A DNA stretch of 64,000 nucleotides from Abditibacterium sp. (GCA_965199495.1 CBDASK010000003.1:1568001-1632000); one strand, 5' to 3'; positions 51,783 through 61,200 are shown, counted from the stretch's first letter. Program-made: numbers and translations. The notes: a model not told the origin generated them from the letters alone.

Positions 51783-53771
51783 TCAACTTTCCAACATCGT
51801 CTGAAACTCGGATTCGGTCAAAACCGTGACGCCCAACAATTTCGCTTTGGTCAGCTTGCTGCCCGCTTTGTCGCCCGCGACGAGATAATCCAAGTTTTTC
51901 GAGACGCCGCTCGCCGCTTTGCCGCCGCGTTGCTCGACCAGACTCTGCGCCTGATCGCGCCCGTAAATCGTCAGCGCGCCGGTGAAACAGAACGATTTGC
52001 CCGCGAACTGCTGCGGATCGAAACTCGCCGCGCCCGATTTTTTGCCGCCCTCGCCCTGCGCGGCTTTGAGGCCGGTCACGCGCGCCAAAGCCAGCGCCGT
52101 CGCCGACAGAATATGCGCGCATGGGCCTTTTTTGAGTTTGTCGCGCCGAAAGTCGGCGCACGAACACTGCGCGAACGGCACGCGCCCGTCGGCATCCACA
52201 TCCACCGTCACGTCGAATTTGGCTTGATTGCGCGTCGAGCCGCGACTGTCCACGGTTGAGACCTGCGCCTGCAAACGCGTCAGACCTGCGCGCAAACCGA
52301 AATCGTCGTCTTCGCTGGCGTCTTTCCACTTGACGCCGCCCGCCGCCACGATGCGCCGCGCCAACTCGATTTTCGGATCGCGTTCGCCTTTCAAAGCTTG
52401 CGCGCCCGGCGGCAACAGTTTGCGCCAGCGATAAAACCCGCCAATCGCATCGAACATCGCGTCGCCATCGCGACAGATTTGCTGCAATGCCGCCGTCGCC
52501 GCCTCGCGCGATAAATCCGAGCGATTGGCCAACTCTTCGGGCGTGAGTTTGAGCGCGCTTTCCAATTGCCCGCGCGCCAGTTCAATATCGCCCGCCGTGA
52601 CCGGCGCCGTGGCTGCCAGCAGGTCGAAGCGCGCCGCGCTCGACCAATCATTTTTTGTCCAGCCACTCAAACCAACATCGAAGCGATGACTGTCCGCTTC
52701 GACGCTCCAAAAATGTGGCATGCCCGTGCCCAAAAGCCGAACTTGCACCGTTTGCGCATAAGCCAACAGCGATTCGATAGAAAACAAACGGCGCCGTCCC
52801 CACACGCGAATCTCCTGCGATTCGCCATTATAAACGTGATTATGCTCGACAATTTCAACATTCCACGGCTCTAAAACTATTTTCGGTTTGGCGCCATTTT
52901 CCAGCACGAATCGAATCGCGCGCGGCGATTCTTTTTCGCGGTCACGCCGCAAAACCATCAAGATTTCGGCGACCGTGGAGGCGCTCAAAGTCAAATCAAC
53001 GCCGGGCAAGGTGCCCGCCGACTGAACCTGCAAAAAGCCGCGCACCCACGAGGGCGGCAAATCAATTTTCTTTTCCACGCGCGTGCCCGCATCGGTGCCA
53101 ATCGAAACGCCGCCGCCCTCCACGCTCAAGCGCGCCGGACGATACGAGCGCACGCGCCGAATTTCGGCGGCCAAGGCCGCCGAAAAGTCCACGTTCGTGG
53201 TGCCAAACACGGTTTCGCCCTGCGTTTCCAGATTAGCGGCAGCGACCGTCACGCGGCCATATGAGCTTTCGTCCTGCGAGAAAACCTCGAAAATCGTGGC
53301 ATCGGGATGAACCGAAACGACCGGATCGAGAATGACCCACAGCGCGAAATCGCGCGAGTAAAGCCACTTCCAATAGCGCTTTTTGGCGCCCCATAATTGC
53401 GTCGAACCCAAATCTCTGCGAAACGGCGCGGCCTCGTCATTAAGCGTTTGGATTTGCCCTTTGAGTGCTTCGCGCCGCTCGGTTTGCGCGGGCAATTGTT
53501 GGCGGCGCGCTTCGAGTTGCGGCGACAATTCCTTGAGATATTCGCCGCGCACCCATTCTTGATAAGCCGTGTGGTCTTTGGCGGCAAAGCGCAAATCGGA
53601 GCCGACGACCTCGAATAATGCCAACATCGCGCGCGCATAAGCGGGCGAATTTTTGATCGTCGCGCTCAGTCGCACGGCGGGGCGGCCCTGTTGCGCGGCC
53701 AGAGAAAAAGCCATCGCGTCGCCCGCGTCAGCCACGGCGGACGGGCGGGCATAAGTTTGAGTGATCCACAT
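51783..53771 (-). CDS. SWIM zinc-finger protein with C-terminal BRCT domain (retron accessory)
   Basis: CSCADFRRDKLKKGPCAH SWIM motif; FAGKSFCFTGAL...GGKAASGVSKNLDYLVAGDKAGSKLTKAKLLGVTVLTESEF LigA-type BRCT. Confidence 0.85.
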   Translation of the reverse strand: MWITQTYARPSAVADAGDAMAFSLAAQQGRPAVRLSATIKNSPAYARAMLALFEVVGSDLRFAAKDHTAYQEWVRGEYLKELSPQLEARRQQLPAQTERREALKGQIQTLNDEAAPFRRDLGSTQLWGAKKRYWKWLYSRDFALWVILDPVVSVHPDATIFEVFSQDESSYGRVTVAAANLETQGETVFGTTNVDFSAALAAEIRRVRSYRPARLSVEGGGVSIGTDAGTRVEKKIDLPPSWVRGFLQVQSAGTLPGVDLTLSASTVAEILMVLRRDREKESPRAIRFVLENGAKPKIVLEPWNVEIVEHNHVYNGESQEIRVWGRRRLFSIESLLAYAQTVQVRLLGTGMPHFWSVEADSHRFDVGLSGWTKNDWSSAARFDLLAATAPVTAGDIELARGQLESALKLTPEELANRSDLSREAATAALQQICRDGDAMFDAIGGFYRWRKLLPPGAQALKGERDPKIELARRIVAAGGVKWKDASEDDDFGLRAGLTRLQAQVSTVDSRGSTRNQAKFDVTVDVDADGRVPFAQCSCADFRRDKLKKGPCAHILSATALALARVTGLKAAQGEGGKKSGAASFDPQQFAGKSFCFTGALTIYGRDQAQSLVEQRGGKAASGVSKNLDYLVAGDKAGSKLTKAKLLGVTVLTESEFQTMLES

Positions 53772-53812
53772 AATAAATTGGGGGAGGTTTGGGGGGTTTC
53801 TATCTATTCTCG

Positions 53813-53993
53813 TCGCGCATCAGCTCCGCACCCCCTCTGTCCTTCGGACATCTCCCCCTCCGAAAGGGGGAGAAAGCGTCGTTACCCTCGACATCGCCAC
53901 AACCCGCGCTATTAATGAACGGTAAAAGCGCCTCTCCCCCTTTCGGAGGGGGAGATGTCCGAAGGACAGAGGGGGTGCGGAGCTGATGCGCGA
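53813..53993. repeat. REPIN-like long palindrome, CCCCCTC...GGGGGAGA family
   Basis: TCGCGCATCAGCTCCGCACCCCCTCTGTCCTTCGGACATCTCCCCCTCCGAAAGGGGGAGA...perfect inverse. Confidence 0.9.
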
Positions 53994-54009
53994 TTCAATT
54001 AAAGAATTC

Positions 54010-57000
54010 CTAAATCGCACCCACGCCTCCGACTTCGACGCCCGCGACCTCGTTTTCCATCGCGCGCCGTGCCAACTGTTCCAACGCCCAATCGGCGTCG
54101 CGCGGCGTTTTGCCGCGCGCCAATTCCAACAGCGTGGCGTCATCGGGCAACGGTGCGCCCTGCGCGCGCCGCGTTTGCACCAAACTCTTCGCCCGGCGCG
54201 CGCGATTGCGCCCACGCAAAACCGCGCGGTCAAATTCGAGCGGTTCGGCCTTATCGCTCGTTTGCGCGTCGCGATTCAACAACAATTGTGCCACGAAACT
54301 CTGCATTTCGGCATTGGGATTTTCTTCCAACTTTTCCAACAATCCATCGCCCAATAGCGCGTCCAAACGCGCCTCGGTGAACTCGCGACCAAACTCGCGC
54401 ACGCGCAAATGCGGGCTGTCGCACAGCGCCAACGCCAGATGCGCGAGGTTTTCCGTGCGCGAATCGAACCAATGTTTGGCTGCGTCCATCGCATCGCGCA
54501 AATCCGATTCGAGCAAACGCAATGCGATTGGCACGCTCAAACCGCGCCCGGCCAACACGCGCAAACCAAAGGCGCGCACGGCGGGCAAAGGATGAATCGC
54601 GGCTTCGATGGCGGTTTCGCCGTCCAATTCGCGCGCACCGAGCCACAACAAAATTAGCGGTTCGAGCGACGGATCGTCGAAGGGCGTAACGTCGCTTTCG
54701 AGCGCGCCGAAAGTCCCGGCGAAATCGGCATCGTCAATCAAGCGCGCGCGCAGCAAACCGCCATCGAACGAGAACGAACGCGCCGCTTCCCAGAACGCGG
54801 CGCGGCGCTCAACATCATTTTGCAAAACCTGCAACAAAGCCGGGCGCCACGTTTGCCAGACCGCATCGGGCACGCTGGCGATCAGGCTCAGCAGCAAACT
54901 GAGCGCGAGTTGTCCGGCGGCTCCGGCGAAGGTGGCCGAAACGAGCGGATCGTTGAAAGTGCGCGCGCGCAACTGTTCGATGTTGGGGTTTTTGCCGTCC
55001 AAGAACTCCTGCACCGCGCGCCAAAAACCCGCCGCGACCTCGGCATGCGGCGCAATCGCCGCCACAAACGCGGGCTTCCACTCGTTCCATTTGGCGTCGG
55101 GCAAATTGGCGATGGTTTCGACCACGATCTTCGCTGGCAAAAAAATCGCGTAAGCGCCAAAAACCGCGCCCGGCACGCCGGAATTGGTGTAGTAAGCGCC
55201 CGCATCCGAGCCGACGAATTCGCCGCTCCAACGCGGACGAACTTCGCGCCAATCGAGCGCGCCGCGCACCAGACAGGCGCGCGCATCGGCGCTGTTCAAA
55301 GCGTCTTGCAACGCGTCCGAAATGCGCCAGTTAATGGTGCGCGCGCTCCAATCGTAACTTTGCGCCAGGCCGCGCAGCAAACTCAGCCACACGCCGCTCA
55401 AAGTCGCGCTCGCAGTCCGCGACGCCGCAACCAACAGCCACGCCGCCGCGCGCTCCGGGCCAGAACTGGCGCGCACGGCCTTGTCAATTTGTTCTTTACT
55501 AAAATCGGCGCGCGCCGCGCTTTCGAGTAGCGCATCCAAAACGGCGGCATTGGCCACGCCAAACGGCACGAGCGGCAAAACCTGCGCGGCGCTCAGGCGG
55601 CGGCAGAACTGCGCGCCCAACGCTTTGAGCGGCGCCTCGCTCGAACCCAAAAGCGTTCGCAAAATCGGCAAAGCGCCGTCGGCGCGAAACTCTGGGTCGG
55701 ATAAATCGAAGCGCGCCACCAACAACAGCGCGATTTCGCGCGCGCGGCGCGTCAACGACGAAACCTTGACGCGCCGCCCGAATTTGTCGCGCTCGACGGG
55801 CAACGATTGCCCCAGAAAACTCGCCAGTTCGGTCGCGATTTGCGGCGAAGTCCCGGCGCGCTCCAGCAGTTCGCGCCGCTTCGACGCGCTCAAAACGCAC
55901 AGCGCGCCCGCAATCGCGCGCGGCGAAAGCGAGGACGCATCCGCCGCCAGAGCCGCGCGCGCGCCGATAACGCGCAAGTTGGGCCACGACGACGACACGT
56001 AACTCTCGATTTGCGCCGCCGACAAAGGCGCCGTGGCTGCTGTTACCTGGCGCGCCAGATGAACGACCGGCGCCGTCACGCTGTTGCCGACCAAAGCGCG
56101 CAAAATTTCGGGATGCGCGTCCCACGCGGCGGGCGCGCGCTCGACGCGGCGCCCGATGACGAGCGCATCAGCGTCGCGTTTAGTTAGGTAGGCACCGCGC
56201 CCGTGCGAGGCTTGAACCCAATTCGGATGGTGAGCCGCGACCAAATCGGCGGCAATCCAATTGTCGTCCCAGTTCAAATTGGGGCGCGCCGAGATTTCCT
56301 GAAAAAACGCGCTCGCCAACGTCGTGAAAGCGGCGGCGTCGGTTTGCGACAATTGGCGCAACAGGCGGCGTCCGCGCCGTTTGAGATAAGCGAACGTCGC
56401 GGGCGCGGGCGGCTTGCCGATTTCCTGCGCTTTGGCCGGGTCGGAAATATCGAACAAACGCAGACCGCCGCGCGTGGCGAGATAGAGCAGTTCGCCGACC
56501 AGCTCGACCGACGTAATTTCGTTGTAAGCGAACGCACCCAAATCGCATTCGCCCTGCAACTTCGGCGCATTGGGATTGGATAAATCAACCAGACGAAATT
56601 TAAATTCGTAATTCCCGTTGCTCCAGGTTTGGCACAGCACGGCGGCGCGATTATGGTCGCAACTCAAGCGATTGGCGCCATCTAATTTCAGATTGCCAAC
56701 TTCGCGCGGTTTACCTAAATCGCTCAAATCGTAGACGAGCAGTTGGCCGTTGGTAACGCTTACCCAATGTTGCCCGATGGGCTGCAAAGTGGTGGAATAT
56801 TCGCTGCTTAATTTTCCCGCCAGGCGCGGATTGTTTGGGTCGGACAAATCGGCGAACTGCAACTCGTAACGCACACCGCGCGATTGATAATTGTAAATCA
56901 TCGCCGCCGCGAAATTAGAGCCGCCGATAAGTCCATAATACGACTGAACGAATTCGCAACTGCCGATTTCAACTAAATCGCCGTCGCGCGCCTCGCGAAC

Positions 57001-57555
57001 GCGCAGCGTCGTGCCGTCCAAACCGATTACGCGACCGTCCGCGATGGCCGTGCCGTAAGAGCTGGAGTTAAATTCACCATCGAACGACGGTTGCGCGGGG
57101 TTGGCCAAATTCAAACGCCAGATTCTGCCGTTGCTGCGCACCCACAACCAGCCACCGGAAACGATAACTTCGCTCGGCAACGGATCGGTCAACGCGGGCG
57201 TCCAGGTCGCGACCAAACGCGGATGAACCGGCTGGCTCAAATCGTAAGTTTGCAGCTCGCGCCCGCTCGCCCAAAGATAAGCGAAACCGTTATGCAGGCA
57301 CATCGCGCCGAAATTGCCCGCGACGGCGACGTTTTGACTTTTGCTCGCGTTTTCCAGCGGTTGCGCGTCCAAACGCCCCAGCAATGCCGCCACAACTTCG
57401 GGTTCGCGCGCGCCGTTCACATACGCGGCTTCGGCCTCTTTATAGAGGCGCTTAAAAGTTTGCCACGGCCCGTAAACCAGCGGCGTTTCGCGAATCCAGT
57501 GAATGAGTTCGGCGCGCGTGGCTGCATCGGCGGGCGGAAACGAAGGCGAAAACAT
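54010..57555 (-). CDS. 1181-aa protein: LVIVD-like beta-propeller region + HEAT/ARM-like helical repeats (retron accessory)
   Basis: Repeated YDLSQPVHP, LNLANPAQP, ADLSDPNNP, VDLSNPNAP, FDISDPAKA; Ala/Leu-rich helical C-terminal two-thirds (LALALCDSPHLRVREFG). Confidence 0.75.
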   Translation of the reverse strand: MFSPSFPPADAATRAELIHWIRETPLVYGPWQTFKRLYKEAEAAYVNGAREPEVVAALLGRLDAQPLENASKSQNVAVAGNFGAMCLHNGFAYLWASGRELQTYDLSQPVHPRLVATWTPALTDPLPSEVIVSGGWLWVRSNGRIWRLNLANPAQPSFDGEFNSSSYGTAIADGRVIGLDGTTLRVREARDGDLVEIGSCEFVQSYYGLIGGSNFAAAMIYNYQSRGVRYELQFADLSDPNNPRLAGKLSSEYSTTLQPIGQHWVSVTNGQLLVYDLSDLGKPREVGNLKLDGANRLSCDHNRAAVLCQTWSNGNYEFKFRLVDLSNPNAPKLQGECDLGAFAYNEITSVELVGELLYLATRGGLRLFDISDPAKAQEIGKPPAPATFAYLKRRGRRLLRQLSQTDAAAFTTLASAFFQEISARPNLNWDDNWIAADLVAAHHPNWVQASHGRGAYLTKRDADALVIGRRVERAPAAWDAHPEILRALVGNSVTAPVVHLARQVTAATAPLSAAQIESYVSSSWPNLRVIGARAALAADASSLSPRAIAGALCVLSASKRRELLERAGTSPQIATELASFLGQSLPVERDKFGRRVKVSSLTRRAREIALLLVARFDLSDPEFRADGALPILRTLLGSSEAPLKALGAQFCRRLSAAQVLPLVPFGVANAAVLDALLESAARADFSKEQIDKAVRASSGPERAAAWLLVAASRTASATLSGVWLSLLRGLAQSYDWSARTINWRISDALQDALNSADARACLVRGALDWREVRPRWSGEFVGSDAGAYYTNSGVPGAVFGAYAIFLPAKIVVETIANLPDAKWNEWKPAFVAAIAPHAEVAAGFWRAVQEFLDGKNPNIEQLRARTFNDPLVSATFAGAAGQLALSLLLSLIASVPDAVWQTWRPALLQVLQNDVERRAAFWEAARSFSFDGGLLRARLIDDADFAGTFGALESDVTPFDDPSLEPLILLWLGARELDGETAIEAAIHPLPAVRAFGLRVLAGRGLSVPIALRLLESDLRDAMDAAKHWFDSRTENLAHLALALCDSPHLRVREFGREFTEARLDALLGDGLLEKLEENPNAEMQSFVAQLLLNRDAQTSDKAEPLEFDRAVLRGRNRARRAKSLVQTRRAQGAPLPDDATLLELARGKTPRDADWALEQLARRAMENEVAGVEVGGVGAI

Positions 57556-57558
57556 GAT

Positions 57559-57608
57559 AAAAAAGGAGCCATCAAAAACGCGCGCATTTGCGGGTTTTTG
57601 ATGGCTTC
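57559..57608 (-). terminator. Intrinsic terminator between the ncRNA pair and the first CDS
   Basis: Minus strand GAAGCCATCAAAAAC...GTTTTTGATGGCTCC followed by TTTTTT, 3 nt before ATG 57555. Confidence 0.7.
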
Positions 57609-57621
57609 AAAACTCCGATTC

Positions 57622-57897
57622 TGAACCGGGGACGAGCCAACTCGACGAAAACGAAAAGCGCCACAAAACAAAAGGAGACCGGCGGCGTTCACTGTAGCGA
57701 TGTACGGGGCCGACGCGAAATTTGGCCCGTGCGCCTACGGACTCAGCGCGGTGCAAAGTTTCGCGTCGGCCCCGTATATCGCGAAAACGCAACGGCGTGC
57801 CGGTGACGTATGACGGGCTTCACTTCGACCGCGACGAATCATCGCAGAGATGCTGGCCACTTTTCTAATTTCGCGGATTTGTCCCGTCGCCGGTTCA
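57622..57897 (-). ncRNA. Putative retron msr-msd ncRNA, unit B (proximal)
   Basis: Closed by inverted arms 57622-57640 / 57879-57897 (16/19); long hairpin 57697-57724 / 57754-57782; scaffold shared with unit A; CAGCAT with candidate branching G at 57853. Confidence 0.75.
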
Positions 57898-57925
57898 AAA
57901 ACGGCGTCGGAACCGGGAAAATTTC

Positions 57926-58166
57926 ACCAACGGAAACGAGCGAGTTTTCACTTAACAAGAGGAGACCGGCGGCGTTCACTGTAGCGATGTACGCAGTAGT
58001 GCGGAGTGGTGGCCCGTGCGCTTGCGGACTCAGCGCGGTGCCATCACTCCGCACTACTGCGTATATCGCGAAAACGCAACGGCGTGCCGGTGACGTGTAA
58101 CGGGCTTCACTTCAATCGCGACGAAACATCGCGCAAAATGCTGAAGAACTCGCTCGCCTCGTTGGT
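57926..58166 (-). ncRNA. Putative retron msr-msd ncRNA, unit A (distal)
   Basis: Closed by inverted arms 57926-57950 / 58142-58166; 30-bp hairpin 57984-58013 / 58040-58069; CAGCAT with candidate branching G at 58141. Confidence 0.75.
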
Positions 58167-58174
58167 TGCCTTAA

Positions 58175-58203
58175 ATCTTAACCGATTGCTTGCGACTTCA
58201 CAA
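58175..58203 (-). promoter_or_regulatory. Sigma70-like promoter for the retron ncRNA/operon
   Basis: Minus strand TTGTGA-N17-TAAGAT; predicted start near 58168, at the 5' arm of unit A. Confidence 0.6.
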
Positions 58204-58227
58204 GGGCAAATGAAAACATTTTAAGAG

Positions 58228-61200
58228 TTATTTTTTGCTCGCCAACTCATGTAACTCATTTTGCACCGGCGCGCGCACTCTGAGCTTTTGTTCTTTTTTA
58301 ATTTCGGTGTTTTCCCTCAGCAAATCGGTCAATTGAGGCGCACTGAGTGGCTGGGCGAAGAAATAGCCCTGACCGATGGCGCAACCCATTTCGCGCAGCT
58401 CGCCCAACTGTTCCGAAGTTTCGATGCCCTCGGCGGTGATTTCGATGCCCAATCCTTGCCCCAGCGTTTGCACGGCCTGCATGATGACCGAGCGTTCTTT
58501 TTTGGCTTTGCCGTTGCGCGTCACTTTGCCCATCGTCTGCACGAACGAGCGGTCAATTTTGAGCGAATCAATCGGAAAACGTTCGATGTAGGCCAGCGAC
58601 GAGTAGCCGGTGCCGAAATCGTCAATGGCGAGTTTGACGCCCAATTCGCGCAGTTTTTCCAAAACCACAATCGTCGAATCGGTGTCTTCCATGACGGCGG
58701 TTTCGGTGATTTCGAGTTCCAGACAAAATGCGGGCAGTTCGGTCTCTTCCAAAATATCGGCGACGATTTGCACGATGTCTGTGCTTTGAAACTGGCGCGC
58801 CGACATATTGACGCTCATCTTGAGCGGCCACAGCGACGGAAACTGGTTTTGCCACTTTTTGGCCTGTTGACAAGCCTCGCGCAAAACCCATTGGCCAATG
58901 GAAAGTATCATGCCGCTTTCTTCGGCAATCGGAATGAAATCGGTCGGCGAAATCAGACCTTTGTCGGGATGTTGCCAGCGCACTAAGGCTTCGGTGCCGA
59001 TGATGCGGTTGCTGTTCAAATCTATCAGTGGCTGGTAGTCGAGGCGCAACTGTTCCCACTTGACGGCCTGACGCAACTCGATTTCGAGTTGCAGACGACT
59101 GAGCGCGACAGCGCTCATTTTGACATCGAAAATTTCGTAGCGCGCCTTGCCTTTGTTCTTGGCGCGATACATCGCGATGTCGGCGTTGCGTAGCAAATCG
59201 CTGGCGCGGTCGTGGCGCGAAAAACTCATCGCCACGCCAATCGAAGCGGTGATCTCGAACTCGCGACCATCGAGAAAAATCGGCGCGCTCAGCGCCTCAA
59301 TTAAACGTTCGGTGATGGCGCGGGCATCGTCAATGCCGTTCAAATCTTCCAGCAATAAGGTGAATTCGTCGCCGCCAAAACGCGCGGCGGTATCGCCGGG
59401 CCGCAACGTTTCAAAGAGTCGCTTACCGATTTCTTGCAAGAGCGCGTCACCTTTTTCGTGGCCCATCGTGTCGTTGACGACTTTGAATCTGTCCAAATCG
59501 AAAAACAGAATCGCGAGGGCTTTGCCGCGCCGGTCTAAGCGCGCCAAACCCTGCTCGACACGGTTCATAAACAGCGAGCGATTGGGCAGTTCGGTGAGCG
59601 GGTCGTGAAACGCGCGATGTTCGAGTTGTTCCTCGTAACGCTTGCGCTCGGTGATGTCAGAGAATGTCCACACGCGCCCGAAACAGGGCACCTGCGCGGC
59701 TTCGCCCTCACTTTTTTGATTGGCACGCGCGCTTAGTTCGCGCGCAATCGGGGACAAGGCGGCGGGCGTGGCTCGTGCGGGCGCCGAGGTGCGCTCGAAG
59801 ATGCGACCATCGCGCAATCGGATTTCGTCGCGGCTCGACGAAGTGGGATTTTGGCGCAGCAAATTCATCTTTTCGACGAATTCTTCGGGCTGACACATCA
59901 GCGACAAAACGCACGCCATCAGTTGTCGCCGGGCGCGCAACTCTTCGACGAGGGCGGGCGGAATATGCCACATTTCGGCGAAGCGCGTGTTAAGCGAAAC
60001 CGCGTTGCCCTGCGCGTTCACCAGACAAATTCCGTCGGTGGAGGCCTCCTGCGTCGCCGCTAAAATCGCGTTAGAGCGCACAATCGCTTCCAGATGCCGC
60101 GCGCGTTCGGTGATGTCAACGGCCAAACCGCGCAGTCGCACCAGTTGCGTTCGCGTAACAGACTCGCCATTTTCGCCGCGCTCCACGATTTGTCTGGTTT
60201 CGGGCGTGACCAAAACGCGCAACCAGAACGCGCGTTTATCTTTGGCAATCGCGCGAAATTCGCATTGCCACGGTTCGGTCGAATCCGCGTTAGCCAGCAA
60301 CTGCGCATGGACGCGGCGCCGGTCGTCGGGATGCACGACGCGCAACCACAGACGATGGTCGGCCAACCACTGCGAAGCCGGATAGCCCAACCATTGCTCG
60401 ATGGGCTGCGACACAAATGTCGGGCGCCGCGTGCTGGCGTCGGCTTCCCAAACGATGCCGTCCACATCGTTGACCAAACCGCGATAACGAGTTTCGGCCT
60501 CGCGCGCGCCTTGCAGCAGACGGACGCCGCGCACAGCCACGGCGGCTTGCTCGCCCGCCATTAAGCACAAATGCGCGTGTTCCTGCGTCCAAACGAACGG
60601 TTTGGCGGCGGCAAAAAACAGGGCGCCCTGCTTCAAATCTTCGACGTGCAACGGCACCGACAACAGCGAACGAATCGGAAAATCAAAACCCGCGTCGCCG
60701 CTTCGCGCGTTGTCGAGCCAAATTTCTTCGCGCTCCAACGTCTCCCACAACGGACAATGAGGCGACGTTGCGCGCGTAATAATCTGGCGAAACGCGCCAT
60801 CCGCGCGATGCCCCACAACATCCAACGCGTCGCCGCGCCCGGCGCCCGGCAAAACTAAGAGCAGCGCTGTCACCGGCAACAACGGATGCAGATGTTCCCA
60901 AACCGCGCTGGCGATGGCGCTCAATTCGTTTTTGGAGTGGATGTTTTTGGCCAGCGAAATCAGCGTTTCGAGTTCGATTTGATGGCGCCTGCGCGCGGTA
61001 ATTTCGCGCGAAACCACGACAACGCGGCGCTCCTCGCCGGTTCCAATGCCGCGCAGCACCGACTCAAACCAGTGATACGCTCCGTTGCCCAACCCAAAAC
61101 GGTGTTCGATGCGCCCCACGCGCATACCGACCAGCGCCGCCGTATATTCGGCGATGACCGCGCCCAAATCTTCATCGGGCACGTTATCGAAAAAAGAAGT

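Noticed and set aside
51783..53771. DNA ligase ligA
   Set aside because: Only the BRCT domain matches; there is no KxDG adenylation or OB domain.
57673..58128. CRISPR array reading of the repeated blocks with variable inserts
   Set aside because: There are only two long units, the variable parts are mutual reverse complements within each unit, and no cas genes are present.
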